From a bacterium (GTDB taxonomy: Bacteria; Sysuimicrobiota; Sysuimicrobiia; Sysuimicrobiales; Humicultoraceae), in assembly GCA_036004665.1 (NCBI GenBank), contig DASYRG010000008.1, forward strand, positions 82,754 through 146,753: DNA of 64,000 nt, in the 5' to 3' direction. Shown piece after piece: positions 1 through 9,433 of the stretch. The notes beneath the pieces are model-generated. The model was not told where the DNA came from. It did no database searches and saw only the letters and a program-made list of their open reading frames with translations. Position 1 is the stretch's first letter, and the number at the start of each line of letters is the position of its first letter. A program made the position numbers and the translations under genes.

Positions 1-1
1 C

Positions 2-295
2 GACCCGGCCTCTGCGGCCACGGTTCCCACAACGCCGGCGCAGCCCGCCGTGCCCCATGCGCCTGCGGCCTCTCCAGCGCCCGTCGCGGAGCCGGTCCTC
101 CCTGAGATGCCGATGCTGCTGCCCAAGAAGGGCGTCTGCCAGGCTTACTTCATCAACCGGCACTGCTGGGAGGTGCCGGAGGCCTTCTGCAACACGGCGC
201 TTCAGGTGTGCATGACGCGGGAGTGTCCCGTCTACCACCTCCACAAGGACGAGCTGGAGCGGCGCTTCGCCGCCAAGTACCGGCACTTCTGGTAG
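2..295 (+). CDS. 3' part of a gene entering from upstream of the window: Pro/Ala-rich linker followed by a six-cysteine C-terminal domain (CQAYFINRHCWEVPEAFCNTALQVCMTRECPVYHLH); function unknown
   Basis: Frame 2 is open from position 2 to the stop at 293-295; the ORF-track ATG at 50 is internal; the cysteine spacing suggests a metal-binding domain. Confidence 0.4.
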   Translation, partial: DPASAATVPTTPAQPAVPHAPAASPAPVAEPVLPEMPMLLPKKGVCQAYFINRHCWEVPEAFCNTALQVCMTRECPVYHLHKDELERRFAAKYRHFW

Positions 296-567
296 ACGGC
301 ACGTCGGCCTCGACGCTGACAAGACGACGCTACTGCTCGGCCTGCTGCTCCTGGTGGTCGACACGCACAGCCCGGGCGGCTCCACCCGCTCCGCTCATCG
401 TCATCCTTCTTGGTTTGGCCATCCCCTTCTGGAACACTCCGCTCCGCCTGCTCGGCGGCGCCGTCCAGTTCATCGGGTTCGCCTGGATCGGCGGAGGGAT
501 CCTGACCTCATCTGACCAGAGCGTGCATCTAGGCCGGGAGCGATCCGCCTGACGGCAGTGGTGGGAG

Positions 568-1875
568 ATGAGGCCGCATCACCCTGTTGTGACGATTGAG
601 GACCTCTCTCAGCATGTCGGGGAGACGGTGGAGCTGCGTGGGTGGCTGGTCACGCGCCGCAGCAGTGGGGGAATCCACTTTCTCCTCCTGCGCGATGGCA
701 CGGGTGTCGTGCAGGCGGTCGTCTCGGGGAAAGGGGCCGACGTGGACGCCTTCGGGCGGGCCGATCACCTCCCCCAGGAGAGCAGCCTCATCGTCACAGG
801 GACGGTGCGGGCTGACCGGCGTGCGCCCGGCGGGGTGGAGCTGACCGTGCGGGCGCTCACGCCGCTCCAGGAAGCTGCCCCCTACCCGATCACGCCCAAG
901 GAGCACGGGGTGGAGTTCCTGATGGACCACCGCCACCTCTGGCTTCGGTCGCCGCGCCAGTGGGCGATCATACGCGTGCGCGCGGAAGTCATCCGCGCCG
1001 CCACGGCCTTCCTCGAGGGCGAGGGCTTCCTGCGCGTCGACACCCCGATCCTCACACCGGCGTCCGTGGAGGGGACCACCACGCTCTTCGACGTGGACTA
1101 CTTCGACCTGGGGAAGGCCTACCTGGCCCAATCCGGCCAACTCTACAACGAGGCGACGATCGCGGCGTTCGGCCGCGTCTACTGTTTCGGCCCCACCTTT
1201 CGCGCCGAAAAGAGCAAGACCCGCCGCCACCTCATCGAGTTCTGGATGCTCGAGCCGGAGGTCGCCTACCTCGGCCTGGAGGGCTACATGGACCTGGCGG
1301 AGTCGTTCGTCGCCGCCATTGTCCGTGACGTGGTGGCTCACCGCGCCCGCGAGTTGGACACCCTCGGCCGGGATCCAGAACCCTTACGGCGGGTGCTCCC
1401 GCCCTTTCCCCGGATCACCTACGACGAGGCCAGGGAGATCCTAACCTCGGCCGGCAAACCGATCCCCTGGGGGGAGGACTTCGGCGGCGACGAAGAGACG
1501 GTCATCTCCGCGCGTTTCGATCGACCCGTGTTCGTCCATCGCTATCCCGCGCGCGCCAAGGCATTCTACATGGAGCCTGACCCGGATCGGCCGGAGGTGG
1601 TGCTCTCGGCGGACCTGCTAGCCCCGGAAGGGTACGGAGAGATCATCGGCGGCGGCGAGCGCATCTGGGATTTGGCGCTGCTGGAACGGCGGCTGGCCGA
1701 GTGGGGGCTGCCGCGGGAGACCTACGAGTGGTACCTCGACCTGCGCCGCTACGGCGCTGTGCCGCACTCCGGCTTCGGTCTCGGCATCGAGCGCACCGTG
1801 GCCTGGATCTGCGGCCTCGAACACATTCGTGAGGCCATTCCTTTTCCCCGGCTGATCAACCGGATTACTCCCTAG
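568..1875 (+). CDS. asnS: asparaginyl-tRNA synthetase (class II aaRS)
   Basis: 435 aa; motifs [24 protein letters not shown] and GGGERIWD with C-terminal [12 protein letters not shown] are typical of AsnRS. Confidence 0.85.
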   Translation: MRPHHPVVTIEDLSQHVGETVELRGWLVTRRSSGGIHFLLLRDGTGVVQAVVSGKGADVDAFGRADHLPQESSLIVTGTVRADRRAPGGVELTVRALTPLQEAAPYPITPKEHGVEFLMDHRHLWLRSPRQWAIIRVRAEVIRAATAFLEGEGFLRVDTPILTPASVEGTTTLFDVDYFDLGKAYLAQSGQLYNEATIAAFGRVYCFGPTFRAEKSKTRRHLIEFWMLEPEVAYLGLEGYMDLAESFVAAIVRDVVAHRARELDTLGRDPEPLRRVLPPFPRITYDEAREILTSAGKPIPWGEDFGGDEETVISARFDRPVFVHRYPARAKAFYMEPDPDRPEVVLSADLLAPEGYGEIIGGGERIWDLALLERRLAEWGLPRETYEWYLDLRRYGAVPHSGFGLGIERTVAWICGLEHIREAIPFPRLINRITP

Positions 1876-1996
1876 AGCTGCAGACCACACCTACGCAAAC
1901 CGAACGATGGGATGCGGTTTGCTCCGGTGTGGCCCGCAGCCACACGGAGTACGTCCGCTGATGAGTCGTGGAAGCGGATGACACCCGGCCTGTGTG

Positions 1997-2066
1997 AGAG
2001 CAGAAACGCACGCCCTCAGAAACTGTATCCCGTAGTTCGGTTTAAGAGGGCGTGCGTTTCTGCTCT
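1997..2066. repeat. nested-hairpin intergenic element, copy A: perfect 21-bp outer stem (AGAGCAGAAACGCACGCCCTC) around a 28-nt loop carrying the conserved core in reverse orientation; lies between the convergent asnS and 2070..2663 genes and probably acts as a bidirectional terminator
   Basis: Inverted repeat 1997-2017 / 2046-2066; loop AGAAACTGTATCCCGTAGTTCGGTTTAA is the reverse complement of the core seen in copies B, C and D. Confidence 0.7.
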
Positions 2067-2069
2067 TGC

Positions 2070-2663
2070 TTAGGTCGGATTCTCGTCCGCCTCCGGAGAC
2101 CCCACCGCCGCTGAACCGGGTTCTGAGGGTTCCAGGTCGGCGAGCAGAGTCGACCAGGCAGCGGCGAGCTCTTCCTCCGACGCATACGGCTGAGCCGTCA
2201 CCGCCCCTTCGCTCTCCCGCGTGACGATGACGCCCGCCGCCGCCTCAAGCGCCCGCAGCTCTCCGGCATCGACCGGGGGCTCCCCGTTCGTCTGCGCGTC
2301 TTCCAGGGCTTCGCGCGTCCGCCGCGCAATCTCTGCGCCGTCGCGCAGCAGGGCGGCCCAGAGGTGCCCCTCTTCGACCTCTGGCCCCGCGACCTCGTCG
2401 GCACCCTCCTGCGCCAGCGCCAAGAGGATGGGGGCGAGGGATCGGTCGAATTGACGCGGCGTCGTTTCCGGTGCCGCCTCCATCGTCGTGGGAGTGCGCC
2501 GGCGCCGGGTCCGCGCGCGCTTCGCCGGCGTCGCGCCCTCCTTGCCGAGCGCGGTGCGGGTCCGGGCCGGCAGATGGGCGATCGTCCGTTTCCGTTTCGC
2601 CGCCCTGATCGCTTTCTTGACGTTCGTGCGGGCTGCCGCCCGCTGTTTTCTGGTGGCCATCAC
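2070..2663 (-). CDS. hypothetical protein with a strongly basic N-terminus (ATRKQRAAARTNVKKAIRAAKRKR...) and an acidic C-terminal half; possibly a nucleic-acid-binding protein
   Basis: 197-aa ORF; good RBS (GAGGGAGGGTG) upstream of the ATG on the minus strand; ends 3 nt from hairpin element A. Confidence 0.6.
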   Translation of the reverse strand: MMATRKQRAAARTNVKKAIRAAKRKRTIAHLPARTRTALGKEGATPAKRARTRRRRTPTTMEAAPETTPRQFDRSLAPILLALAQEGADEVAGPEVEEGHLWAALLRDGAEIARRTREALEDAQTNGEPPVDAGELRALEAAAGVIVTRESEGAVTAQPYASEEELAAAWSTLLADLEPSEPGSAAVGSPEADENPT

Positions 2664-2755
2664 ACCCTCCCTCTACTGCTTATCTCACCCCGCGATCGTG
2701 GACACCGTTTCCATCGAGAGGTTACCCCGGACCGCGGTCCACGAATCGCCGTTGA

Positions 2756-2784
2756 TTGTCTCTGCGACCTCGCTGTGGTATAGT
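2756..2784 (+). promoter_or_regulatory. sigma-70-type promoter of the rimP-nusA-infB operon: -35 TTGTCT, 17-nt spacer, extended -10 TGgTATAGT
   Basis: Hexamers at 2756-2761 and 2779-2784 with TG at -15/-14; the hypothetical gene 2070..2663 runs divergently from this region. Confidence 0.55.
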
Positions 2785-2839
2785 GTGTGACGAAGACCGA
2801 TCCGGAGAGGCACCGGATCGCCCATCGTAGGGATACGGA

Positions 2840-2865
2840 GTGGGTTGCGGCCCGCTCTTTTTTTT
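2840..2865 (+). terminator. leader hairpin (GUGGG-UUGCGG-CCCGC) followed by a U8 tract; candidate intrinsic attenuator of the nusA operon
   Basis: Five-bp GC stem followed by TTTTTTTT at 2858-2865; an 8-T run is striking in a ~70% GC genome and lies between the promoter and the likely rimP start. Confidence 0.5.
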
Positions 2866-2880
2866 GAGCCGACTAACGAC

Positions 2881-3414
2881 GTGGCGAAAACACGGAGTCT
2901 CATCGCGGAGCAGGTGGCCGACCTGGCCAGGCCGATTGCAGCCCGCTGGGGTCTGGACCTCGTCGACGTGGAGGTGCTGGGTGAGGGACCCCGGACCGTC
3001 GTCCGCGTCCTGGCCGATGGAATCGACGGCGTGACGGTGAACGACCTGGCGCGGGTGTCCGAGGCGTTGTCCGGCCAGCTGGACGCGCACGACCTGATCG
3101 CGCACGCCTACACGCTGGAGGTCAGCTCGCCGGGGTTGGACCGCCCGCTGCGGAGTGAGGCCGACTTCGCACGCTTTGCGGGACGGTCCGTCGAGATCTG
3201 GGTCGACCCTCCGCTGGAAGGGCGGCGCCACTTCAAGGGGCGTTTGCTCGGTCTCCGGGGGATTGGCGGGCAGGAAGTGGAGCTGGAGCTGGGCGCCGGA
3301 GCGGGAACGGAGACGGTGCGGCTGGCCCGCGACCGGGTGACGGCAGCCCGACTGGTGGTGGACCAAGAGATGCTGAAGCAAGACCTGGCCAAAGGAGGCC
3401 GGAGAGACGGATGA
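2881..3414 (+). CDS. rimP: ribosome maturation factor RimP (start uncertain: GTG at 2881 or 2914; the ORF-track TTG at 2845 would read through the U8 tract)
   Basis: RimP-like segment WGLDLVDVEVLGEGPRTVVRVLADG; immediately upstream of nusA. Confidence 0.75.
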   Translation: MAKTRSLIAEQVADLARPIAARWGLDLVDVEVLGEGPRTVVRVLADGIDGVTVNDLARVSEALSGQLDAHDLIAHAYTLEVSSPGLDRPLRSEADFARFAGRSVEIWVDPPLEGRRHFKGRLLGLRGIGGQEVELELGAGAGTETVRLARDRVTAARLVVDQEMLKQDLAKGGRRDG

Positions 3415-4757
3415 ACGCGGAACTCGTGCGCGCGCTGGAGCAGCTGGAAGAGGAGAAGGGGATCAGCAAGGAGGTCATCGTCGAAGCGATTGAGGCCGCC
3501 CTGCTCTCCGCCTACAAGAAGAACTTCGGCGTCACCGCCCAGAACATGCGGATCGAGGTCGATCGGGACACCGGCGAAGTGCGGGCCTTTCAGATCCGCA
3601 CCGTCACCGAAGAGGTTGAGGATCCCACGACCCAAATCGCCCTGGCCGAGGTGCGGCAGTATGACCCCTCCGCAGCCATCGGCGACATGGTGGAGTTGGA
3701 GGTGACGCCCAAGGACTTCGGCCGGATCGCTGCCCAGACGGCGAAGCAGGTCGTCGTCCAGCGGCTGCGCGAGGCGGAGCGGGAGATGGTCTACAAGGAG
3801 TTCCGCGACCGCGAAGGCGACATCGTCACCGGGGTGGTGCAGCGGATCGAGCGGAAGAACGTCTATCTCGATCTGGGGCGGATCGAGGCGGTGTTGCCGC
3901 CGCCCGAGCAGATCCCGCGGGAATCCCATCGCCAGGGCGAGCGGGTGAAGGCGTATGTTGTGGAGGTGCGGCAGGGCACGCGCGGGCCGCAGATCGTGGT
4001 CTCGCGCACGCACCCTGGCCTCCTCAAGCGGCTCTTTGAGCTGGAAGTGCCGGAGATCTATGAAGGCATCGTGGAGATCAAGGCGATCGCCCGCGAAGCC
4101 GGGGCGCGCAGCAAGATCGCCGTGGCCTCGCGCGACAAGAACGTGGACGCCGTCGGCGCCTGCGTGGGGCCAAAGGGATCGCGCGTGCAGGCGATCGTGG
4201 ACGAACTGCGCGGCGAGAAGATCGACATCATCCTCTGGAACATCGACACGGCGCTCTTCGTCGGCGCCGCGCTCTCGCCGGCCAAGGTGGTGCGCGTCGA
4301 CGTCAACGAGGAGACGAAGACCGCCCAGGTGATCGTGCCCGACCACCAGCTCTCCCTGGCCATCGGACGTGAGGGGCAGAACGCCCGGCTGGCCGCGAAG
4401 ATGACGGGCTGGCGGATTGACATCAAAAGCGAAACCCAGTTGAAGGAGATCGAGGCGCAGAAGCTCTTCATTGACCTGCCGCCCGAGGAGGCGGCCGCGC
4501 CGGCGCCGGTCGGCGAGGCGGCCGCGTCGGAGGCAGCGTCCGAGGGCGCGACGCCGGCCGACCAGCCGTCTCCGCCTGTGGAGGCTCCGGTCCCGGCAGA
4601 CGCCTCCGGGGGAGAGGCGGAGGAGCCTGCCGCGGCGGTCGAGGGAGAGGGGACGAAAACGGCCGCGAGGGAGGCCGGCGGCGCAGAGGACGGGGAAGCG
4701 GGCGCGGAGGAGGAAGAGGAGAAAGCGGCGCAACCCGCGGGGGAGACCGCGGGTTAG
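3411..4757 (+). CDS. nusA: transcription termination/antitermination factor NusA with an Ala/Glu-rich acidic C-terminal tail
   Basis: 448 aa; S1 and KH regions (GDIVTGVVQRIERKNVYLDLG, KIAVASRDKNVDAVGACVGPKGSRVQAIVDEL); ATG overlaps the rimP stop. Confidence 0.9.
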   Translation: MNAELVRALEQLEEEKGISKEVIVEAIEAALLSAYKKNFGVTAQNMRIEVDRDTGEVRAFQIRTVTEEVEDPTTQIALAEVRQYDPSAAIGDMVELEVTPKDFGRIAAQTAKQVVVQRLREAEREMVYKEFRDREGDIVTGVVQRIERKNVYLDLGRIEAVLPPPEQIPRESHRQGERVKAYVVEVRQGTRGPQIVVSRTHPGLLKRLFELEVPEIYEGIVEIKAIAREAGARSKIAVASRDKNVDAVGACVGPKGSRVQAIVDELRGEKIDIILWNIDTALFVGAALSPAKVVRVDVNEETKTAQVIVPDHQLSLAIGREGQNARLAAKMTGWRIDIKSETQLKEIEAQKLFIDLPPEEAAAPAPVGEAAASEAASEGATPADQPSPPVEAPVPADASGGEAEEPAAAVEGEGTKTAAREAGGAEDGEAGAEEEEEKAAQPAGETAG

Positions 4758-4768
4758 GAGAGAGCACC

Positions 4769-5107
4769 GTGCCGCCTCGAGTCCACAAGATCCCCCAGCG
4801 CATGTGCGTGGGCTGCCGGGAGATGCGCGCCAAGCGTGAGATGGTACGCGTGGTCCGCACACCCGGCGGGGAGATCCAGGTCGATCCCACGGGGAAGGCG
4901 GCGGGGCGTGGGGCCTATGTCGATCCCCGGGACGCCTGCGTGACCGCCGCCATCCGGGACCGCCGGCTGGCCCAGGCCCTCGAAAGGGAGATTCCGGCCG
5001 AGATCGCCGAGGCGCTGCGCGCCGCCCTCACCCGGCCGGCCGGGTCGGCCGAACCAAAAGTCATCAGGATTCCCGCGACACGCGGACGGAGTGCACAGAG
5101 GACATAG
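4769..5107 (+). CDS. ylxR: YlxR/DUF448 RNA-binding protein
   Basis: 112 aa; conserved MCVGCR motif; sits between nusA and infB as in Bacillus. Confidence 0.8.
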   Translation: MPPRVHKIPQRMCVGCREMRAKREMVRVVRTPGGEIQVDPTGKAAGRGAYVDPRDACVTAAIRDRRLAQALEREIPAEIAEALRAALTRPAGSAEPKVIRIPATRGRSAQRT

Positions 5108-5110
5108 CGC

Positions 5111-7660
5111 ATGCGCGTCTACGAACTGGCCAAAGAACTGGGGCTCAGCAGCAAGGACCTCATCGAGGTCCTCGGGCAGCTGATGGTTTCGGTCAAGAGC
5201 CACTCCTCCACACTCGACGAGGTGACCGAGCGCCGCGTCCGGGAGGAGGTCGCGTCCCGACACGCCTCGCGCCAGACCGCTGCTGGCAAAGCCACCACCG
5301 GAAAAGCTGCCGCCGGCAAGGCATCGGCGAAAGCCGCTCCGGCGAAGGCGGCGAGGGCCCCGGCCAAGCCGACCCTGGACACGCCCGCCGCATCCCCAGA
5401 ACCTGCGCGCGCCGACGTGAAGACGCCGACGGGAGAACGCATCCTCTCGATCCGCAAGATCGTCGCTCCGCCCCCCGAACCGGCGGCGGAGCCGGCCGCG
5501 CCTGCTCCAGCCGAGGCCGCTGCGGGTGAGCCCTCCCGCGCGCCCGGGGTCCGACCGCAGGAACTCGAGCGCCCGGCGGCGGCCGCGCCCAGTGCCGCCC
5601 CGGCGGTGCCCAAGGCGCCGGCTATCGGAGAGGGGGCGCCGATCCGCATTGCCCCGGTGAAACCCCCGACGCGGGAGGCCGCCCGTGAAGCCGCCCGCGA
5701 GACGGTCGCGCCCGCGGAGATGGCGCAGATCTTTGAGCCGACCGCCGCACCTCCGCTTCCGCCGGCCGAAACCCCGCCCCGGGAGGTGCGCCCCGTCACG
5801 CCGCCTTCGGCGCCGAGGCGGCCCGAACGCCGGCTCCCTCCGCCACCACCACCGCGGCGGTTCCATGCCGAACGGCGCCAACGGCGCACGGAGGCTAGGC
5901 CCGAACCAGTGCCGGAGGTTGCCCCCGTTCTGCCGGAGTCGATCAGCCTGACGGGTCCCATCGGCGTCGGCGAGCTTGCGGTGAAACTAGGCATGCCCGT
6001 CGGCGAAATCGTGAAGAAACTGCTCGAGTTCGGCATGCTGGCGGGGATCAACCAGCAGCTCACCGAGGAGGCGGCCGCCAGGACCATCAAGGCCTTCGGC
6101 GTGGCCGTCCACGGGCCGGAAGCGGCAGGCGCCGCAGGCCCGCGCGCGGCGGCCCCGGTGGACGAGGCGGCGGTGGCGCGTGCGCCGGTCGTCACGGTGA
6201 TGGGGCATGTCGACCACGGGAAGACCAGCCTGCTGGATGCCGTCCGCGCCACCTCCGTGGCCGCGCAGGAGGTCGGCGGCATTACCCAGCACATTGGCGC
6301 CTCCACCGTCGACGTCGACGGGCGGCGCATCGTCTTCATCGACACGCCCGGCCACGAAGCCTTTACCGCGCTGCGGGCCCGCGGCGCCCGCGTCACCGAC
6401 ATCGCCGTCCTGGTGGTGGCGGCGGACGACGGGGTGATGCCGCAGACGGTCGAGGCGGTTGACCATGCCCGCGCCGCGGGCGTGCCCATCATCGTGGCCA
6501 TGAACAAGACCGATCTGCCGCAAGCCAACCCGGATCGGGTGAAGCAGCAACTCTCCGACCTGGGCCTGGTCCCCGAAGAGTGGGGCGGGGAAACGGTCAC
6601 CGTGCCGGTCTCGGCGCGGCAGCGTCAGGGCCTCAAAGAATTGCTCGAGATGATTCTTTTGGTGGCGGACCTGCACGAACTGCGGGCCAATCCGGAACGG
6701 CCGGCTCGCGGCACCATCCTCGAGGCGCGAATGGACCGCGGCCGGGGCCCGGTGGCGACGGTCCTCGTGCAGGAGGGGACGCTGCGCGTAGGCGATGCGG
6801 TCATCGCCGGTGAGACGTTGGGACGCGTGCGCGCGCTGCTCGACGAACGCGGCGCCCGCGTGGGCACGGCCGGGCCGGCTACCCCGGTCGAAGTCGTGGG
6901 GCTGGAGTCGTTGCCCAACGCCGGAGACGTGCTGGAGGTGACATCCGAGGATCGAGCGGCTCGCGTGATGGCGCAGGAACGGGCCGACCGCCGCCGGGCC
7001 ACTGAGGGGGCCGCGCGCGGCGGCCTAGTCGAGCGCATCGGTGAGACGGGGCGGGTGGAGCTGCGCCTCATCGTCAAGGCCGACGTTCACGGCTCGGCGG
7101 AAGCCCTGCAGGCGGCCCTCGCCAGGCTGGAAGACGCCGAGGTGGCGGTCTCGGTCCTGCACGTCGCGGTGGGACCGATCACCGAATCGGACGTGATGCT
7201 GGCGGCGGCGAGTCGGGCGGTGATCGTGGGCTTCAACGTGCGCCCCGAGGCGGCAGTGCGGCGGTTGGCCGAGCAGGAGAAGGTCGAGATCCGCCTCTAC
7301 CGCATCATCTACGAGGTTCTCGACGACCTGGCGGCACTGGTGCGCGGGCTGCACGCCCCCAAGACCCAGGAGGTCGTCCTCGGTCAGGCCGAGGTGCGCC
7401 AGACCTTCGCCATCCCCAAGGTTGGGACCATTGCCGGGTGCTACGTCACCAGCGGGCGCATCCTCCGCGGCGCCTCCGCGCGGCTGCTGCGCGAAGGCGC
7501 GGTCGTCTATCAAGGGGCCATCAGCTCGCTGCGGCGGTTCAAGGACGACGTGCGCGAGGTGGCCGAAGGCTTCGAGTGCGGTATCGGGCTGGAGCGCTTC
7601 CAGGACATCAAAGCCGGCGACATCATCGAAGCCTATCAGATGCAGCAAGTCCCGGCCTGA
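5111..7660 (+). CDS. infB: translation initiation factor IF-2
   Basis: 849 aa; [12 protein letters not shown]-terminus, Ala/Pro-rich linker, GTPase motifs [17 protein letters not shown] and DTPGHEAF. Confidence 0.95.
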   Translation: MRVYELAKELGLSSKDLIEVLGQLMVSVKSHSSTLDEVTERRVREEVASRHASRQTAAGKATTGKAAAGKASAKAAPAKAARAPAKPTLDTPAASPEPARADVKTPTGERILSIRKIVAPPPEPAAEPAAPAPAEAAAGEPSRAPGVRPQELERPAAAAPSAAPAVPKAPAIGEGAPIRIAPVKPPTREAAREAARETVAPAEMAQIFEPTAAPPLPPAETPPREVRPVTPPSAPRRPERRLPPPPPPRRFHAERRQRRTEARPEPVPEVAPVLPESISLTGPIGVGELAVKLGMPVGEIVKKLLEFGMLAGINQQLTEEAAARTIKAFGVAVHGPEAAGAAGPRAAAPVDEAAVARAPVVTVMGHVDHGKTSLLDAVRATSVAAQEVGGITQHIGASTVDVDGRRIVFIDTPGHEAFTALRARGARVTDIAVLVVAADDGVMPQTVEAVDHARAAGVPIIVAMNKTDLPQANPDRVKQQLSDLGLVPEEWGGETVTVPVSARQRQGLKELLEMILLVADLHELRANPERPARGTILEARMDRGRGPVATVLVQEGTLRVGDAVIAGETLGRVRALLDERGARVGTAGPATPVEVVGLESLPNAGDVLEVTSEDRAARVMAQERADRRRATEGAARGGLVERIGETGRVELRLIVKADVHGSAEALQAALARLEDAEVAVSVLHVAVGPITESDVMLAAASRAVIVGFNVRPEAAVRRLAEQEKVEIRLYRIIYEVLDDLAALVRGLHAPKTQEVVLGQAEVRQTFAIPKVGTIAGCYVTSGRILRGASARLLREGAVVYQGAISSLRRFKDDVREVAEGFECGIGLERFQDIKAGDIIEAYQMQQVPA

Positions 7661-7684
7661 GCGCGCCGGCGGCAGGGAGGCCAG

Positions 7685-7966
7685 GTGATCGTCGGAGTGC
7701 TGCGGGCCGAGTTGTCCCTCGGCGGGGTGCGCAGCCTGAAGGACAAGCGGCGGATCATCCAGAGCCTGCTCGACCGGGCGCGGCGGCAGTTTCGCGTCGC
7801 GGCCGCCGAGGTGGAGGCGCAGGACTCCTGGCGGCGGGCCGTCCTCGGGTTCGCCTGCGTCAGTTCGGAGGGCGCCCACGCCAGTCAGATTCTGGCGCGG
7901 GTGACCGCGATGATCGAGCGGGAAGGCGACGTCACCCTGCTGGACGCCTCCAGCGAACTACTCTGA
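7685..7966 (+). CDS. ylxP: DUF503 protein (YlxP-like)
   Basis: 93 aa; GTG start; conserved position between infB and rbfA. Confidence 0.75.
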   Translation: MIVGVLRAELSLGGVRSLKDKRRIIQSLLDRARRQFRVAAAEVEAQDSWRRAVLGFACVSSEGAHASQILARVTAMIEREGDVTLLDASSELL

Positions 7967-7969
7967 GTT

Positions 7970-8458
7970 ATGAGCCTGCGACGGGAGAAGCTCCAGGAGC
8001 TGTTCAAAGAGGAGACCGGCGTCATTCTGCAGCGGCGCCTGCGCGACCCCCGCGTCGGGTTCGTCTCGGTCACCGACGTCGAGCTCAGCGGGGACCTGCG
8101 CCACGCCAAGATCTTCGTCAGCGTGCTCGGGGACGCAGAGACCAAGCACCGTACCATGGCCGCCCTCGAGGGGGCCGCGCGGTTCGTGCGCGGCGAACTG
8201 GGGCGGCGCGTGCGGATGCGCTACGTGCCCGAGGTCCTCTTCCGGCTGGACGAATCCATCGAGCGCGGAGCCCGCGTCAACGCGCTGCTGCGTCAGGTCG
8301 TTCCTCCGGCCGACCGCGCTCCCGAGTCCCCCGAGTCCGACCAACACCCGTCGCCTGCGGCTGAGGAAGACCCTTCGGCTGAGTCCGGGGAGCCCCCGGT
8401 CGAGCGAGATGATGATGCCGCGCGCCCGCATCGCCGCCTCCCTCCGCAACGCCGATAG
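7970..8458 (+). CDS. rbfA: ribosome-binding factor A with a C-terminal extension
   Basis: 162 aa; RRLRDPRVGFVSVTDVELSGDLRHAKIFVSVLG RbfA core. Confidence 0.85.
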   Translation: MSLRREKLQELFKEETGVILQRRLRDPRVGFVSVTDVELSGDLRHAKIFVSVLGDAETKHRTMAALEGAARFVRGELGRRVRMRYVPEVLFRLDESIERGARVNALLRQVVPPADRAPESPESDQHPSPAAEEDPSAESGEPPVERDDDAARPHRRLPPQRR

Positions 8459-9431
8459 GATCCTGCTGGTCAACCACGTCGATCCCGACGGGGATACCCT
8501 CGGCTCGACGCTGGCCCTCGCTCTGGTGCTGGAGAGCTTGGGCAAGCGCGTCACTGTCGGCAGCGACGGCGGCGTTCCTTCCACCTTCGCCTTCCTCCCC
8601 GGAGCGGACCGCGTGCTGCAGGAGCCACCGGCCGGCGCCGCGTTCGACGTCGCGCTGACGATGGAGTGCAGCACGCTCTCCCGCTGTGGCCGCTTCGCCC
8701 CGCTCGTCGCGCAGGCGCCCGTGATCGCCGCGATCGACCATCACGAGAGTCACACCCCATACGCGCACCTGGATGACTGGGACCCTGGGGCCGCGGCGGC
8801 GGGGGAGATGACGGCGGATCTGATCCGCCTCCTCGGCGTGCCGATCACGCCGCCGGTCGCGACCGCGCTGCTGACCGCCCTGGCCACCGACACCGGCGTC
8901 TTCCGCTTTCCAACGGTGCGGCCGGAGACGCTCCGCCTCGGAGCGGCCCTGATGGAGGCCGGCGGCAACCTCACGGAGATCGTGGAAGCCGTGTACGAGC
9001 AGCGGTCTCTGGCCGCCACCCGCCTGCTCGGGTACGCCCTCCTGCGGACGACCCTCTCGGACGAGGGCAGGGTCGCCTACGCGACGCTGACCGAATCCCT
9101 CCTCCGGGCGGCGGGGGCGGACACCGAAGATAGCGCGGGGATCGTCGGCGCCCTCCGGGCCATCGCCGGGGTCACGGTGGCGGTGCTGTTCGAGGAAACT
9201 CCAGAAGGCATCAGCGTCTCGATCCGCGCGCGCGCCGGTGTCCGGGCCAATCTGATCGCTGAGGCCCTGGGGGGCGGGGGCCATCCCGCCGCGGCCGGGT
9301 GCACGGTGCCGCCTCCCATCGAAGAGGCGGTCGCACGCACGCTGGAGGCCGTGCGGGAGGAACTGGCGCGCAGGCGCGAAGGGCGGCGCGACGCGGGACC
9401 TCCGGAAGCCGCCCGGACCTTCGGAGCCTGA
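8409..9431 (+). CDS. nrnA: DHH/DHHA1 phosphoesterase (NrnA-type nanoRNase / pAp phosphatase); start may lie downstream of the ORF-track start, which overlaps rbfA by 50 nt
   Basis: LLVNHVDPDGDTLGS DHH motif, IDHH, and a C-terminal GGGHPAAAG DHHA1 motif. Confidence 0.8.
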   Translation: MMMPRARIAASLRNADRILLVNHVDPDGDTLGSTLALALVLESLGKRVTVGSDGGVPSTFAFLPGADRVLQEPPAGAAFDVALTMECSTLSRCGRFAPLVAQAPVIAAIDHHESHTPYAHLDDWDPGAAAAGEMTADLIRLLGVPITPPVATALLTALATDTGVFRFPTVRPETLRLGAALMEAGGNLTEIVEAVYEQRSLAATRLLGYALLRTTLSDEGRVAYATLTESLLRAAGADTEDSAGIVGALRAIAGVTVAVLFEETPEGISVSIRARAGVRANLIAEALGGGGHPAAAGCTVPPPIEEAVARTLEAVREELARRREGRRDAGPPEAARTFGA

Positions 9432-9433
9432 CA

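Noticed and set aside
296-567. Possible T-box leader upstream of asnS
   Set aside because: There is no AAUUAGGGUGGNACCGCG T-box sequence, and no terminator/antiterminator pair is recognisable. The only GGUGG is part of the RBS region (AGUGGUGGGAGAUG).
529-1341. Long antisense ORFs overlapping confirmed genes (for example 529..1341-, 3108..4862-, 5119..6600-, 18712..21084-, 34785..37016+, 45981..47747-)
   Set aside because: Stop codons are rare at 70% GC, so long open frames on the opposite strand are expected. The translated products are Arg/Pro/Gly-rich low-complexity sequences with no motifs, whereas the sense-strand genes have clear homology.
4471-4890. Arg-rich ORFs (4471..4839+ and 4468..4890-) across the nusA 3' end
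   Set aside because: They are alternative frames of the GCG/GAG-rich region that encodes NusA's acidic Ala/Glu tail, hence spurious.
8409-8458. 50-nt overlap of rbfA and nrnA taken as evidence of a frameshift or fusion
   Set aside because: More simply explained by nrnA initiating at a downstream start, or by a genuine short overlap. Both proteins are full-length by homology.
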